Shown: positions 1-10,375, counted from the stretch's first letter. The stretch is 64,000 nt of DNA from Vicinamibacteria bacterium (GCA_963555995.3 OY821641.1:672001-736000), one strand, 5' to 3'. The notes: generated from the letters alone by a model not told the origin. Translations and numbers: made by a program.

Positions 1-212
1 CCGGAAGCGATACGCCGGTTCCTCCGCACGCCGTCGCGGTAGCGGCCAACGCCCGGGAGGGCGGAGCACAGGCCGCAGGTGGAGCACCCCGCTTGTGTCG
101 CTTCGCTTCGACTTTTCCACATTTGGGCCGAAAGTGGGAAAAAAGACCGCGTTTTACGTCTGTATAGGTGTGGCGCCCCGGTGCGCGCCGCCTAACCGAA
201 CGGAGGAAAACG
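1..212 (+). repeat. Leader copy 1 of a ~205-bp duplicated upstream region (copy 2 at 867-1071)
   Basis: Near-identical blocks, e.g. ccggaagcga.acgccggttcctccgcacgcc and cttcgcttcgacttttccaca...gggaaaaa...cgcgttttacgtctgtat...cgaacggagg, precede two different coiled-coil genes. Confidence 0.9.
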
Positions 213-692
213 ATGGCCCGAACCCAACCGCCTGCCGCCGAGTCACGACTCCCGGCCCCCTCGGACGACTCGTCACGGAAACTTCCCGGCGACTCCGATG
301 TCGAAACTCCCGCTCCGCCGGGCGCAGGACCCGCGGGCGGCTCCCTGTTTCACGCCCTGTTGGCCGCCGGGGTGGAACCGGCCGCAGCCTATACTGCGGT
401 CCGGGAAATGGAGTCCATGGCCGGCCAGAGCGTCGTCGCCCAACTGAGTGCGCAAATCCAGTCGTTCGCCGGTGAGGTGAGAAACGACCTCCAGGAAGTC
501 AAGTCGCGCCTGTCGGGAGTTGAATCGGGCCTCGCCGAGGTCAGGAGCGACGTGGCGGCGTTGAAGAACGACGTGGCGGTGTTGAAGAGCGACGTGGCGG
601 TGCTCAAGAAGGAGGTCCGGCTCATCTGGGGCGCCCTGTCCCTGTTGGTGGTGACCCTGACGGCAATCCTGATTCGCATCTTCGCGAACTGA
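213..692 (+). CDS. Coiled-coil protein with C-terminal TM anchor (CCDC90/DUF1640, MempromCC-like)
   Basis: GGAGG RBS before ATG at 213; head segment LFHALLAAGVEPAAA; heptads (DVAALKN/DVAVLKS); hydrophobic C-terminus LIWGALSLLVVTLTAILIRIF. Confidence 0.8.
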   Translation: MARTQPPAAESRLPAPSDDSSRKLPGDSDVETPAPPGAGPAGGSLFHALLAAGVEPAAAYTAVREMESMAGQSVVAQLSAQIQSFAGEVRNDLQEVKSRLSGVESGLAEVRSDVAALKNDVAVLKSDVAVLKKEVRLIWGALSLLVVTLTAILIRIFAN

Positions 693-866
693 ACGGCCTC
701 CAGACCGGCCCGCGCGGCGCTCCGCGCCGCGCCCGCCGCAACCCCCACCCAGCCTCACGACCCGCACGGCTTGGAACGCCGGTCTCCAGACCGGCACCGC
801 GGCGCTCCGCGCCGCGCACGTCGTGACGCTACCGACCCTCACGGCACGTACAGCTTGGAACCCACC

Positions 867-1071
867 CCGGAAGCGACACGCCGGTTCCTCCGCACGCCCT
901 CGCGGTAAGGACCAACGCCCGGCAGGCCGCGGGTGGAGCACCCCGCTTGTGCCGCTTCGCTTCGACTTTTCCACATTCCGCCCCGAAATGGGAAAAAGGA
1001 CCGCGTTTTACGTCTGTATCCGTGTGGCGCCCCGGTGCGCGCCGCCTATCCGAACGGAGGACGAAACCGCC
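867..1071 (+). repeat. Leader copy 2 of the duplicated upstream region
   Basis: Aligns with 1-212. Confidence 0.9.
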
Positions 1072-1683
1072 ATGAACCAACCGAAGAAGAAACCGGCCGC
1101 GCTGACCGCCCGCGGGGCGGTCTCCAGTCCCTATACTGTTCCCGGCGAGAGGCCGCGAGGAGTCGTGAACAGTACGGAGGCCGCCGAGCTCAGGGCGCTG
1201 GACCGGAAGCTCACCGACGGGCTGAACCTCGTCCACGGCGAGTTCGCCGTGTTGCGCGAAGAGCGGCGGGAGGACCGGAAGGAACTCCGGGCGGAGATCG
1301 CGGAGGTTGACGCACGCGCGGCGCAGCGCACCGCTGATTTGGAAGCCGCGCTCCGGGCGGAGATCGCCAGGGTTGACGAACGCGCGGCGCAGCGCGACGA
1401 ACGCGCGGCGCAGCGCACCGCCGACCTGGAAGCCGCGCTCCGGGCGGAGATCGCGAAGGTTGACGAACGCGCCGCGCAGCGCGACGAACGCGCGGCGCAG
1501 CGCACCACGGATCTGGAAACCGCGATCCGGGAGCTGACCGCGAAAGTCAGCACCTCGCTGGAGCGCGGCTCGGGAACGCGCCAGTTCGTCCTGAAGTTGG
1601 TCAGCGTCCTCGCGCTCCTGGTCATCGGCGGGCTGCTCCGACCCTTCTTCGAGCGGGTCGTGTCCGTTCTGTCCGGCGGCTGA
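1072..1683 (+). CDS. Coiled-coil protein with internal repeats and C-terminal TM anchor
   Basis: GGAGG RBS before ATG at 1072; three repeats of AEIAxVDxRAAQR...TADLEAA; TM segment FVLKLVSVLALLVIGGLL. Confidence 0.8.
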   Translation: MNQPKKKPAALTARGAVSSPYTVPGERPRGVVNSTEAAELRALDRKLTDGLNLVHGEFAVLREERREDRKELRAEIAEVDARAAQRTADLEAALRAEIARVDERAAQRDERAAQRTADLEAALRAEIAKVDERAAQRDERAAQRTTDLETAIRELTAKVSTSLERGSGTRQFVLKLVSVLALLVIGGLLRPFFERVVSVLSGG

Positions 1684-1702
1684 CGGGCGGAGAGGGTTCG
1701 GA

Positions 1703-1876
1703 GTGCGACGAAGACTGCTGCCGCGTCGGGTTGGCCAGGTGCTTGCCGCCATCGGGGTTTTTTGCGTTGGCTTGCTGCTCGGTCCCGAGGCGGTTCCGTT
1801 GATTGCCTTCTACCTGGCCGCGATGGTGGTTACCCTGGCTGCGGCTTTCCTCTTTGGCGAGCCCGGAGCTTTCTGA
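1703..1876 (+). CDS. Small (57 aa) two-TM membrane protein, absent from the ORF track
   Basis: Own translation from GTG 1703: MRRRLLPRRVGQVLAAIGVFCVGLLLGPEAVPLIAFYLAAMVVTLAAAFLFGEPGAF; GGAGAG upstream; starts 19 nt after the previous stop. Confidence 0.45.
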   Translation: MRRRLLPRRVGQVLAAIGVFCVGLLLGPEAVPLIAFYLAAMVVTLAAAFLFGEPGAF

Positions 1877-1959
1877 GATCAGGGCGCGGAACCGGCAATT
1901 CGCCGGAAGCCCCACCCCCCACACCCCCACACCACCCCGCTACAATCCCACCCGGCCGC

Positions 1960-2033
1960 CGGGGCGTGGCTCAGTCTGGCAGAGCACCTGGTTCGGGATC
2001 AGGGGGTCGCAGGTTCAAATCCTGCCGCCCCGA
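1960..2033 (+). tRNA. tRNA-Pro (anticodon CGG)
   Basis: Cloverleaf: CGGGGCG/CGCCCCG acceptor, GCTC/GAGC D-stem, CCTGG-TTCGGGA-TCAGG anticodon arm, GCAGG-TTCAAAT-CCTGC T-arm; CCA not encoded; TACAAT -10-like element at 1941-1946. Confidence 0.97.
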
Positions 2034-2346
2034 CGCGGCCCGTCCTTCCGGACGGGTTCCGGGCCCTGAGGCGGCCATGGCATTCGGCTCCGTCGGACGC
2101 ACCTTCCCGTTCCGCCCCCTCCCGCCAGGGACCGGGCCCAACTTCACCGGCACTTGCCATGAGCCAAAACGTGTATATTCCGGCGCTCTTGCCGGGCGCG
2201 TCGTGCCCCGGCGAGCGCCATTTTTCATGCTCTTGCTTCTTGACATTGCCGAATTGGATGTGATGGAGTTACCGCGCATGTTCGCCCCGGCCACCTCTGC
2301 CCGCTCCACGGTCAGGGTGCGTTCGAAGGTTTACGAAGCCGATTCC

Positions 2347-2375
2347 TTGCCCCTTGCCCCGGAGACGCATATACT
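2347..2375 (+). promoter_or_regulatory. Putative sigma70 promoter of lipoprotein A
   Basis: TTGCCC (2347-2352), 17-nt spacer, TATACT (2370-2375). Confidence 0.55.
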
Positions 2376-2514
2376 TGCCGCCCGGATGGCGGGTGCGGGA
2401 ACGCATCGGCAATCCCTGTCCTACTGGAGGTAGGAAGAATCACACGAGACGGCGCTTGGCCCCCTCAAGGGGCGCCGAACCTGTCCCAATAACGCCCTAC
2501 AGGAGGTAGGCGAA

Positions 2515-4359
2515 ATGACGCAGATCACGAGGAAGTCGGTCCCCATGCGCGGGCTGATTCTCCTTCTTGCCATGTTCCTGGGTGCCGGTCTCGTGCTCTC
2601 GGGCTGCGGCGACGACGACACCGCTACCACACCGGCGCCGGCGCCGCCACCGCCACCGCCAGCTCCGGAGCCGGAGCCGGAACCCGAGCCCGAGCCGGAG
2701 CCCGAGCCGGAACCCGAGCCGACTCCGCTCCACGCTCATTTCGAGATTCCGGAGGATGCCGATTCCCCGTATCCGATGATTGCGGACGACGGCACCGACG
2801 AGGAGACCGCCATGGCGCACGTCAACCCGCAGATGGTGGTCGAGATGAACATGGCGGGCATCGTGACGCCGCTCTTCGTCGAGGGCGCCGCCCCGATCGG
2901 CCTGATCCCCGGTGACAACCTGCCTTTCGCCTACGTCGACTGGAAAGCCATGCAGAGCGAAGTGGTCAGCGCCACGGGCGCGCAGTTCTCGGTCATCCCG
3001 GTAGAGATCGGCGCCAACCAGGTCCCGGTTCCGATCGGACCGGGGGTCATCGTGTCCTGCGGCCCGTTCGCGTGCTCGGAGAGTGCGATGGCGCCGGAGA
3101 TCACCATCGCCGACTCGGCGGCGTGCCAGGGCTGGGACCCGATGTTCACGCTTGAAGTCGGTCGGGTGAACAACGGCCTTGGGATCGACACCACCGACGC
3201 CAACGACACGATTGATCCGCATGAGATGACCGGGATTGACCTCGGCTGGAGCTACACGTCGAGCCAGGACTTCACCGCGACCCACGACATCGTGACGACC
3301 ATGACCAAGCTGAGCGGCGCCAAGGCTTCCTCGGCGGCCGACCTGCGGGTTCCCAACGTGGGCGACGGGATCATGGGGTCCTTCTACGACAAGGACAAGG
3401 ACGGCGCGCACGACGCCGCCGACGGCGACGTCATGAATGCCTGCTTTACCTACCCCGACGTCACCGGACAGGTCCAGATGCCCGGCGGCAAGCAGTGCTT
3501 CCGCGTCGCGCACGACAAGAACAACGACTACCTGAGCAACTACACGCTGACGGTGACGCCCAAGGACTCTTCCGTGATGTGGGGCAAGATCGCCTGGGAG
3601 GCGTTCGACGGCCTCGACTGCGGCCCGATGCCCTACGACACCTCCGGCGTGGATGTCTGCGCGATGTTCGCCGAGGACGTGGCGAACCTGGGCAAGGTGA
3701 CCGCCCCGGCGACGGTGGCCGACAACCGGATCTCCGGATGGAATCTCGCCATCGAGGCGAACGACGCCGACAAGCGGAACTTCAGCCACCTCTGGTACAT
3801 GCAGGCGACCAAGGCCACCTCCTCCAAGGATGCGTCCAAAGCCAACACCGTGGATCTCTACACCGGAGGGACCACGACTGCCACCGCTGCCACAGGGATT
3901 ACCGCGAACCAGGTTTCCAAGACGAACGCCGATGGCGCCCCCGCTGTCTTTTGGATCCCCTTCGCTGACGACGACAGCGACCCGATGTACGGCGACCTCG
4001 GTCTCACGGACACTACTGGTGACGATGCGATCGACAACGCCCCGGGCGGCCTCTGGGACGAGATCGAGTGCACCGCCGACGACGGGGGCACGAAGCGCAG
4101 CGACGACGATGACGACGCCGACACCGAAAAGGAAGACGACGGCACGCTCTGTGACGCCGAGGACGTGATGATCGAGACTTCGGTCACCTTCGTGGACGGC
4201 ATCGGCATGGGCTGTTCCGAGACGGTGGACTACACGCTGACCTGCCAGTGGGACGCCGACGGCGGCGTCAGCGTTGCCTCGGATGGGACCACGCGCACCA
4301 CGTCGGTTCCGTTCACCCAGGACAACGTCTCCAGATTCCTCTCCTGCAAGGTGAGCTGA
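2515..4359 (+). CDS. Acidic Cys-rich surface lipoprotein, paralog A
   Basis: RBS GGAGGT; signal peptide with lipobox LSGC; Pro and (PE)n tether; Asp/Thr-rich body; paralogs at 48117 and 53807. Confidence 0.9.
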   Translation: MTQITRKSVPMRGLILLLAMFLGAGLVLSGCGDDDTATTPAPAPPPPPPAPEPEPEPEPEPEPEPEPEPTPLHAHFEIPEDADSPYPMIADDGTDEETAMAHVNPQMVVEMNMAGIVTPLFVEGAAPIGLIPGDNLPFAYVDWKAMQSEVVSATGAQFSVIPVEIGANQVPVPIGPGVIVSCGPFACSESAMAPEITIADSAACQGWDPMFTLEVGRVNNGLGIDTTDANDTIDPHEMTGIDLGWSYTSSQDFTATHDIVTTMTKLSGAKASSAADLRVPNVGDGIMGSFYDKDKDGAHDAADGDVMNACFTYPDVTGQVQMPGGKQCFRVAHDKNNDYLSNYTLTVTPKDSSVMWGKIAWEAFDGLDCGPMPYDTSGVDVCAMFAEDVANLGKVTAPATVADNRISGWNLAIEANDADKRNFSHLWYMQATKATSSKDASKANTVDLYTGGTTTATAATGITANQVSKTNADGAPAVFWIPFADDDSDPMYGDLGLTDTTGDDAIDNAPGGLWDEIECTADDGGTKRSDDDDDADTEKEDDGTLCDAEDVMIETSVTFVDGIGMGCSETVDYTLTCQWDADGGVSVASDGTTRTTSVPFTQDNVSRFLSCKVS

Positions 4360-4395
4360 GGAGTCCCTCTCCTTAGACACTCCTTCACGCAACGG

Positions 4396-4432
4396 GAACC
4401 CCGGGGCCATCCGGCCCCGGGGTTCTTCCTTT
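4396..4432 (+). terminator. Intrinsic terminator
   Basis: gaaccccggggcc-atcc-ggccccggggttc followed by ttccttt; the same hairpin follows paralogs B and C. Confidence 0.8.
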
Positions 4433-4556
4433 GTGCGAGAAGCACCACCGGCGCCCCGGGTCGAGACCTGTTTCGGCACGATCGGCGCCCACGCACCGAA
4501 CGGCCGGCCGGCATGGTCACGCCCGTGCCCCCGGGCCGGTTCCACCCACTCCCCCC

Positions 4557-6278
4557 ATGGCGCATACCCCTGACTCACTCGTGTTCCGGGCCGACCGGCC
4601 CTGGCCGAACGCCCGGCTCAGGACCGGCGCGATCGTCGGCCATACCACCTCGTCCTCGGTGCGCCTCTGGGTGCGCACCGGGCGGCCCGGGGACTTCTCC
4701 CTCTTCCTCTACGACCCGCGCGAGGCAATGGACTCGCCGGAGGGAAGAAGGAGGCTCCGCGCCGCCATCGGAGCGGCCCCGCTGACGACGGCCGCCGCGA
4801 TGAGCGGGGCGCACTGGCCGGGAGGCCGCGTTCCCCGCCGTACCGACTTCGAGGTCTCCGACTGGTCCGGCGACACGACCCGCGTTCTCGACGTCGCCGG
4901 GCTCGAACCGGAGACCTGGTACGGATACGCCCTCCACGCGCGGGACGACGAACGGATGCTGTTCGGCCACAACCGGCTGCGCCGGTTCCGGACCCCGGCG
5001 GCGGAAGCGGAACGGCGCCCGTTCCGGATCGCCCTCCTCTCCTGCCACATGCCCTACCGGGTCAGCGGCCTGTTCCGGAAGCGTACGGAACTCGCCAGTC
5101 CGGAGATGTGGGACTACCTGGCGGAGACGCTCGGTCAGGTCGAGGACGAGGTGGCGGTCGTCATCGCGGGCGGCGACCAGGTGTACTCCGACGGCGTCCC
5201 GACGCTCGACATCTGGAAGCTCCTGAACCGCTCCATGCGCCGGGAGGGCGACCGGCTTCTGCCGGACGAGCAGGACATGCTCAGTTGGTACCGGGACATC
5301 TACCGCGGCTACTGGGGCTTCGATGGGGTGCAGCGCGTATTCGACCGCTACCCGACGTACATGGTCTGGGACGACCACGAGATCGCCGACGGGTGGGGGT
5401 CGCGCCACCTCGGCGACGACGGCCCGGACGACGGACTGGCGCAGATGCTCCCGGACCTCGAGGACCGCGGCCTCAGCCGGGAGGACGGCCGGGTGCTGGT
5501 CCAGCGGATGTTCGGGGCGGCGGTGCGCGCCTACGAGGAATACCAGCACTCGCACAACCCGGGGACGGCGCCGGGAGTGTGGGACTATTCCTTCCGCCGC
5601 AGCGGGGCGGCGTTCTACGTCCTCGACGGCCGGGGAAACCGGGACGTCGGGCGGGACACCAACCGCATTCTGGGATCGGCGCAGCTTGCGCGGCTCGAGG
5701 AATGGGCCGCCGCCCTCGATCCGGACGAGACTCCGTTCGTCTTCGTGACCACCGCGGTCCCGCTGCTCCACGCGCGCGCCGCCCTGGTCGGCGCCGACCG
5801 CCGCAAGGTCATGGAGGCGCTCGACTTCGGCGATGACCTCCGGGACGCGTGGGAGCACGGGCTCCACGACGCGGAGCGGCGCGCGCTGCTCGAGGTCCTG
5901 TTCGGCCTGGCGAGCCGGGGTCACCGGGTGGCGGTCCTGAGCGGCGACGTTCACGTGAGCGCGGCGTTCTCCATCGAGGACGACGGCGGCGCCCGCATCT
6001 GGCAGCTCACCTCCAGCGCGATCTCCCGGCACTACTCGCGCCCGCTCTCCTGGGGGCTTCGCTTCGGCGCCTCCGACGACGGGCAAACGCCGGACGGGCA
6101 CCGGTTCGCGCGACACGCCCTCTACGTGGATGCGAACTACGCGGTGGTGCGCGTGGACCCCGCCGGGTCCCGGGCGTGGTTCGAGATCTACGGGGCGCAG
6201 ACGGTGGAGCCGCCCCCCGGCTACGGCGAGCGGTCCTTCCCGCTGCGCAACGCGATCTGCCGGATCGAGATCTCCTGA
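4557..6278 (+). CDS. phoD: Alkaline phosphatase D (PhoD)-family metallophosphoesterase
   Basis: Motifs SC, GDQVYSD, WDDHE, LDGRGNR, LSGDVH; no obvious signal peptide. Confidence 0.85.
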   Translation: MAHTPDSLVFRADRPWPNARLRTGAIVGHTTSSSVRLWVRTGRPGDFSLFLYDPREAMDSPEGRRRLRAAIGAAPLTTAAAMSGAHWPGGRVPRRTDFEVSDWSGDTTRVLDVAGLEPETWYGYALHARDDERMLFGHNRLRRFRTPAAEAERRPFRIALLSCHMPYRVSGLFRKRTELASPEMWDYLAETLGQVEDEVAVVIAGGDQVYSDGVPTLDIWKLLNRSMRREGDRLLPDEQDMLSWYRDIYRGYWGFDGVQRVFDRYPTYMVWDDHEIADGWGSRHLGDDGPDDGLAQMLPDLEDRGLSREDGRVLVQRMFGAAVRAYEEYQHSHNPGTAPGVWDYSFRRSGAAFYVLDGRGNRDVGRDTNRILGSAQLARLEEWAAALDPDETPFVFVTTAVPLLHARAALVGADRRKVMEALDFGDDLRDAWEHGLHDAERRALLEVLFGLASRGHRVAVLSGDVHVSAAFSIEDDGGARIWQLTSSAISRHYSRPLSWGLRFGASDDGQTPDGHRFARHALYVDANYAVVRVDPAGSRAWFEIYGAQTVEPPPGYGERSFPLRNAICRIEIS

Positions 6279-6330
6279 ACGGTCCCGCGCGTGACGATCC
6301 GAACCACCATCGGCGAGGAGACGCCCCGAG

Positions 6331-7164
6331 ATGCCTGATCCGTCCGCGCCCCCGCCCACCCTTCCACCCCGGAGATCGCCGCAGACCGGCCTCCCGGGTC
6401 AGCGGTGGGAGCGGTGGCACACCGTGACCCTGCTCCTGATCCTGGCGTTCTTCTGCTGGATGGCGATCTGGCCGCGGGACTGGGGCCTCCACCACAAGTG
6501 GCTTGCCGTCGTGCTCGCTCTCGTCGCGTTCATCATGATCGCCGGCCTCGGGGTCACGGGCGTCTGGCGCGGGGCGTTCATTGACGAGCGCAACATGATC
6601 AGCCTGTCGCGGTTCCAGATGCTCGCCTGGACGGTGATGGTGCTCTCGGCCTACGGGGTGATCACGATCGCCCGCACCCGGACGGACCCGCTCACCGCGC
6701 TTGATGTGGGCGTGCCGCAGGAACTCTGGATCCTGATGGGGATCAGCACCACCGCCCTGGTCGGATCGCCGCTCCTGAAGAACACGAAGAAGGATCCGCG
6801 TTTCGCGTTGGACGCCGATGACCAGGCGCAGGCGCTCGACAACCAGCGGGAGGGTCTGGCCGGGCAGGTCCGGGTCGAAGGGAGGATCGTGTCCAAGAAG
6901 AGCATCGAGGACGCGCGCTGGTCCGACCTGTTCATCGGCGAGGAAGTCTCGAACGTCGCGCACCTGAACCTCGCGAAGATCCAGATGTTCTTCTTCACGG
7001 TCCTCGTGCTGCTCTCGTACGGGATCGCGGTAGGAAGGCTGCTGGCCTCCCCCGAGGATCCCGGTTCGCTGCCGGAGGTCGGAAAAGGCATGCTGACGCT
7101 CTTCGGCATCAGCAACAGCGGCTACCTGATTGACAAGGCGATCCCGTCGGGTCGCTCGCTGTAA
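6331..7164 (+). CDS. Multi-pass membrane protein of unknown function
   Basis: About six hydrophobic segments; internal pseudo-repeat SLSRFQMLAWT...VPQELWILMGIS / NLAKIQMFFFT...VGKGMLTLFGIS. Confidence 0.8.
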   Translation: MPDPSAPPPTLPPRRSPQTGLPGQRWERWHTVTLLLILAFFCWMAIWPRDWGLHHKWLAVVLALVAFIMIAGLGVTGVWRGAFIDERNMISLSRFQMLAWTVMVLSAYGVITIARTRTDPLTALDVGVPQELWILMGISTTALVGSPLLKNTKKDPRFALDADDQAQALDNQREGLAGQVRVEGRIVSKKSIEDARWSDLFIGEEVSNVAHLNLAKIQMFFFTVLVLLSYGIAVGRLLASPEDPGSLPEVGKGMLTLFGISNSGYLIDKAIPSGRSL

Positions 7165-10100
7165 ACGCGCGCCGTGGCCGGTTCCCATGGCGTGGTCCGG
7201 GGAGCGCCGGTCTTCAGACCGGCACGCGCTGCGCCGCGGCGCAGCGCACGGCGCGACGCTGACCTGCGGGGTGGCGGTCTTCTTTCGGTTCATCACGGCG
7301 AACAGCGGCACGACATCAGCGGGCCTTCGGCCCGCGGTGCCGGTCTGAAGACCGGCGGTCCCGGCTGTCGGCGCAGCGCTCCAAGGCGGATTGACCGGAG
7401 CTTTGACCATGGCCCGGGTTCGGAGCGCCGGCCTCCGGCCGGCATCGCGGCCGCAGGCCGCGAAACGCGCGCCGCGGCCGGTTCCCACGGCGTTGGTCAT
7501 GGGAGCGCCGGTCTTCAGACCGGCACGCGCTGCGCCGCGGCGCAGCGCACGGCGCGACGCTGACCTGCGGGGTGGCGGTCTTCTTTCGGTTCATCACGGC
7601 GAACGGCGGCACGACATCCGCGGGCCTTCGGCCCGCGGTGCCGGTCTGAAGACCGGCGGTCCCGGCTGTCGGCGCAGCGCTCCGGGGCGGAATGACCGGA
7701 GCTTTGACCATGGCTCGGGTTCGGAGCGCCGGCCTCCGGCCGGCATCGCGGCCGCAGGCCGCGAAACGCGCACCGCGGCCGGTTCCCACGGCGTTGGTCC
7801 TGGGAGCGCCGGTCTTCAGACCGGCACGCGCTGCGCCGCGGCGCAGCGCACGGCGCGACGCTGACCTGCGGGGTGGCGGTCTTCTTTCGGTTCATCACGG
7901 CGAACGGCGGCACGACATCCGCGGGCCTTCGGCCCGCGGTGCCGGTCTGAAGACCGGCGGTCCCGGCTGTCGGCGCAGCGCTCCAAGGCGGATTGACCGG
8001 AGCTTTGACCATGGCCCGGGTTCGGAGCGCCGGCCTCCGGCCGGCATCGCGGCCGCAGGCCGCGAAACGCGCGCCGCGGCCGGTTCCCACGGCGTTGGTC
8101 ATGGGAGCGCCGGTCTTCAGACCGGCACGCGCTGCGCCGCGGCGCAGCGCACGGCGCGACGCTGACCTGCGGGGTGGCGGTCTTCTTTCGGTTCATCACG
8201 GCGAACGGCGGCACGACATCCGCGGGCCTTCGGCCCGCGGTGCCGGTCTGAAGACCGGCGGTCCCGGCTGTCGGCGCAGCGCTCCGGGGCGGATTGACCG
8301 GAGCTTTGACCATGGCCCGGGTTCGGAGCGCCGGCCTCCGGCCGGCATCGCGGCCGCAGGCCGCGAAACGCGCGCCGTGGCCGGTTCCCATGGCGTGGTC
8401 ATGGGAGCGCCGGTCTTCAGACCGGCACGCGCTGCGCCGCAGCGCAGCGCACGGCGCGACGCTGACCTGCGGGGTGGCGGTCTTCTTTCGGTTCATCACG
8501 GCGAACGGCGGCACGACATCAGCGGGCCTTCGGCCCGCGGTGCCGGTCTGAAGACCGGCGGTCCCGGCTGTCGGCGCAGCGCTCCGAGGCGGATTGACCG
8601 GAGCTTTGACCATGGCCCGGGTTCGGAGCGCCGGCCTCCGGCCGGCATCGCGGCCGCAGGCCGCGAAACGCGCGCCGCGGCCGATTCCCACGGCGTGGTC
8701 CTGGGAGCGCCGGTCTTCAGACCGGCACGCGCTGCGCCGCGGCGCAGCGCACGGCGCGACGCTGACCTGCGGGGTGGCGGTCTTCTTTCGGTTCATCACG
8801 GCGAACAGCGGCACGACATCCGCGGGCTGTCGGCGCAGCGCTCCGAGGCGGATTGACCGGAGCTTTGACCATGGCCCGGGTTCGGAGCGCCGGCCTCCGG
8901 CCGGCATCGCGGCCGCAGGCCGCGAAACGCGCACCGGTTCCCACGGCGTGGTCCGGGGAGCGCCGGTCTTCAGACCGGCACGCGCTGCGCCGCGGCGCAG
9001 CGCACGGCGCGACGCTGACCTGCGGGGTGGCGGTCTTCTTTCGGTTCATCACGGCGAACGGCGGCACGACATCCGCGGGCCTTCGGCCCGCGGTGCCGGT
9101 CTGAAGACCGGCGGTCCCGGCTGTCGGCGCAGCGCTCCGGGGCGGATTGACCGGAGCTTTGACCATGGCTCGGGTTCGGAGCGCCGGCCTCCGGCCGGCA
9201 TCGCGGCCGCAGGCCGCGAAACGCGCGCCGCGGCCGGTTCCCCCGGCGTTGGTCCGGGGAGCGCCGGTCTTCAGACCGGCACGCGCTGCGCCGCGGCGCA
9301 GCGCACGGCGCGACGCTGACCTGCCGGGTGGCGGTCTTCTTTCGGTTCATCACGGCGAATGGCGGCACGACATCCGCGGGCCTTCGGCCCGCGGTGCCGG
9401 TCTGAAGACCGGCGGTCCCGGCTGTCGGCGCAGCGCTCCGAGGCGGATTGACCGGAGCTTTGACCATGGCCCGGGTTCGGAGCGCCGGCCTCCGGCCGGC
9501 ATCGCGGCCGCAGGCCGCGAAACGCGCGCCGTGGCCGGTTCCCATGGCGTGGTCCGGGGAGCGCCGGTCTTCAGACCGGCACGCGCTGCGCCGCGGCGCA
9601 GCGCACGGCGCGACGCTGACCTGCGGGGTGGCGGTCTTCTTTCGGTTCATCACGGCGAACGGCGGCACGACATCAGCGGGCCTTCGGCCCGCGGTGCCGG
9701 TCTGAAGACCGGCGGTCCCGGCTGTCGGCGCAGCGCTCCGGGGCGGATTGACCGGAGCTTTGACCATGGCTCGGGTTCGGAGCGCCGGCCTCCGGCCGGC
9801 ATCGCGGCCGCAGGCCGCGAAACGCGCGCCGCGGCCGATTCCCATGGCGTGGTCCGGGGAGCGCCGGTCTTCAGACCGGCACGCGCTGCGCCGCGGCGCA
9901 GCGCACGGCGCGACGCTGACCTGCGGGGTGGCGGTCTTCTTTCGGTTCATCACGGCGAACGGCGGCACGACATCAGCGGGCCGTCGGCCCGCGGTGCCGG
10001 TCTGAAGACCGGCGGTCCCGGCTGTCGGCGCAGCGCTCCGGGGCGGAATGACCGGAGCTTTGACCATGGCTCGGGTTCGGAGCGCCGGCCTCCGGCCGGC

Positions 10101-10375
10101 ATCGCGGCCGCAGGCCGCGAAACGCGCGCCGTGGCCGGTTCCCATGGCGTGGTCATGGGAGCGCCGGTCTTCAGACCGGCACGCGCTGCGCCGCAGCGCA
10201 GCGCACGGCGCGACGCTGACCTGCGGGGTGGCGGTCTTCTTTCGGTTCATCACGGCAAACGGCGGCACGACATCCGCGGGCCTTCGGCCCGCGGTGCCGG
10301 TCTGAAGACCGGCGGTCCCGGCTGTCGGCGCAGCGCTCCGAGGCGGATTGACCGGAGCTTTGACCATGGCTGGAT
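7165..10375. repeat. Tandem array of 11 ~300-bp REP/REPIN units
   Basis: gagcgccggtcttcagaccggcacgc recurs at ~7201, 7502, 7803, 8104, 8404, 8704, 8958, 9259, 9559, 9859, 10159; each unit has an inverted partner gtgccggtctgaagaccggc (lost in unit 6) and a gccggcctccggccggc palindrome. Confidence 0.97.

Noticed and set aside
1960-2033. tRNA-Pro as attB for the two integrases
   Set aside because: I found no duplicated tRNA 3' end by eye, and both integrases are more than 23 kb away; a BLASTn would settle it
2497-6359. Long antisense ORFs (2497-4578, 4575-6359, and likewise 46137-49052, 53642-55612, 58609-63718)
   Set aside because: Shadow frames of real high-GC genes on the opposite strand
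7165-10375. CRISPR array
   Set aside because: Whole 300-bp units repeat with no unique spacers, and there are no cas genes in the window
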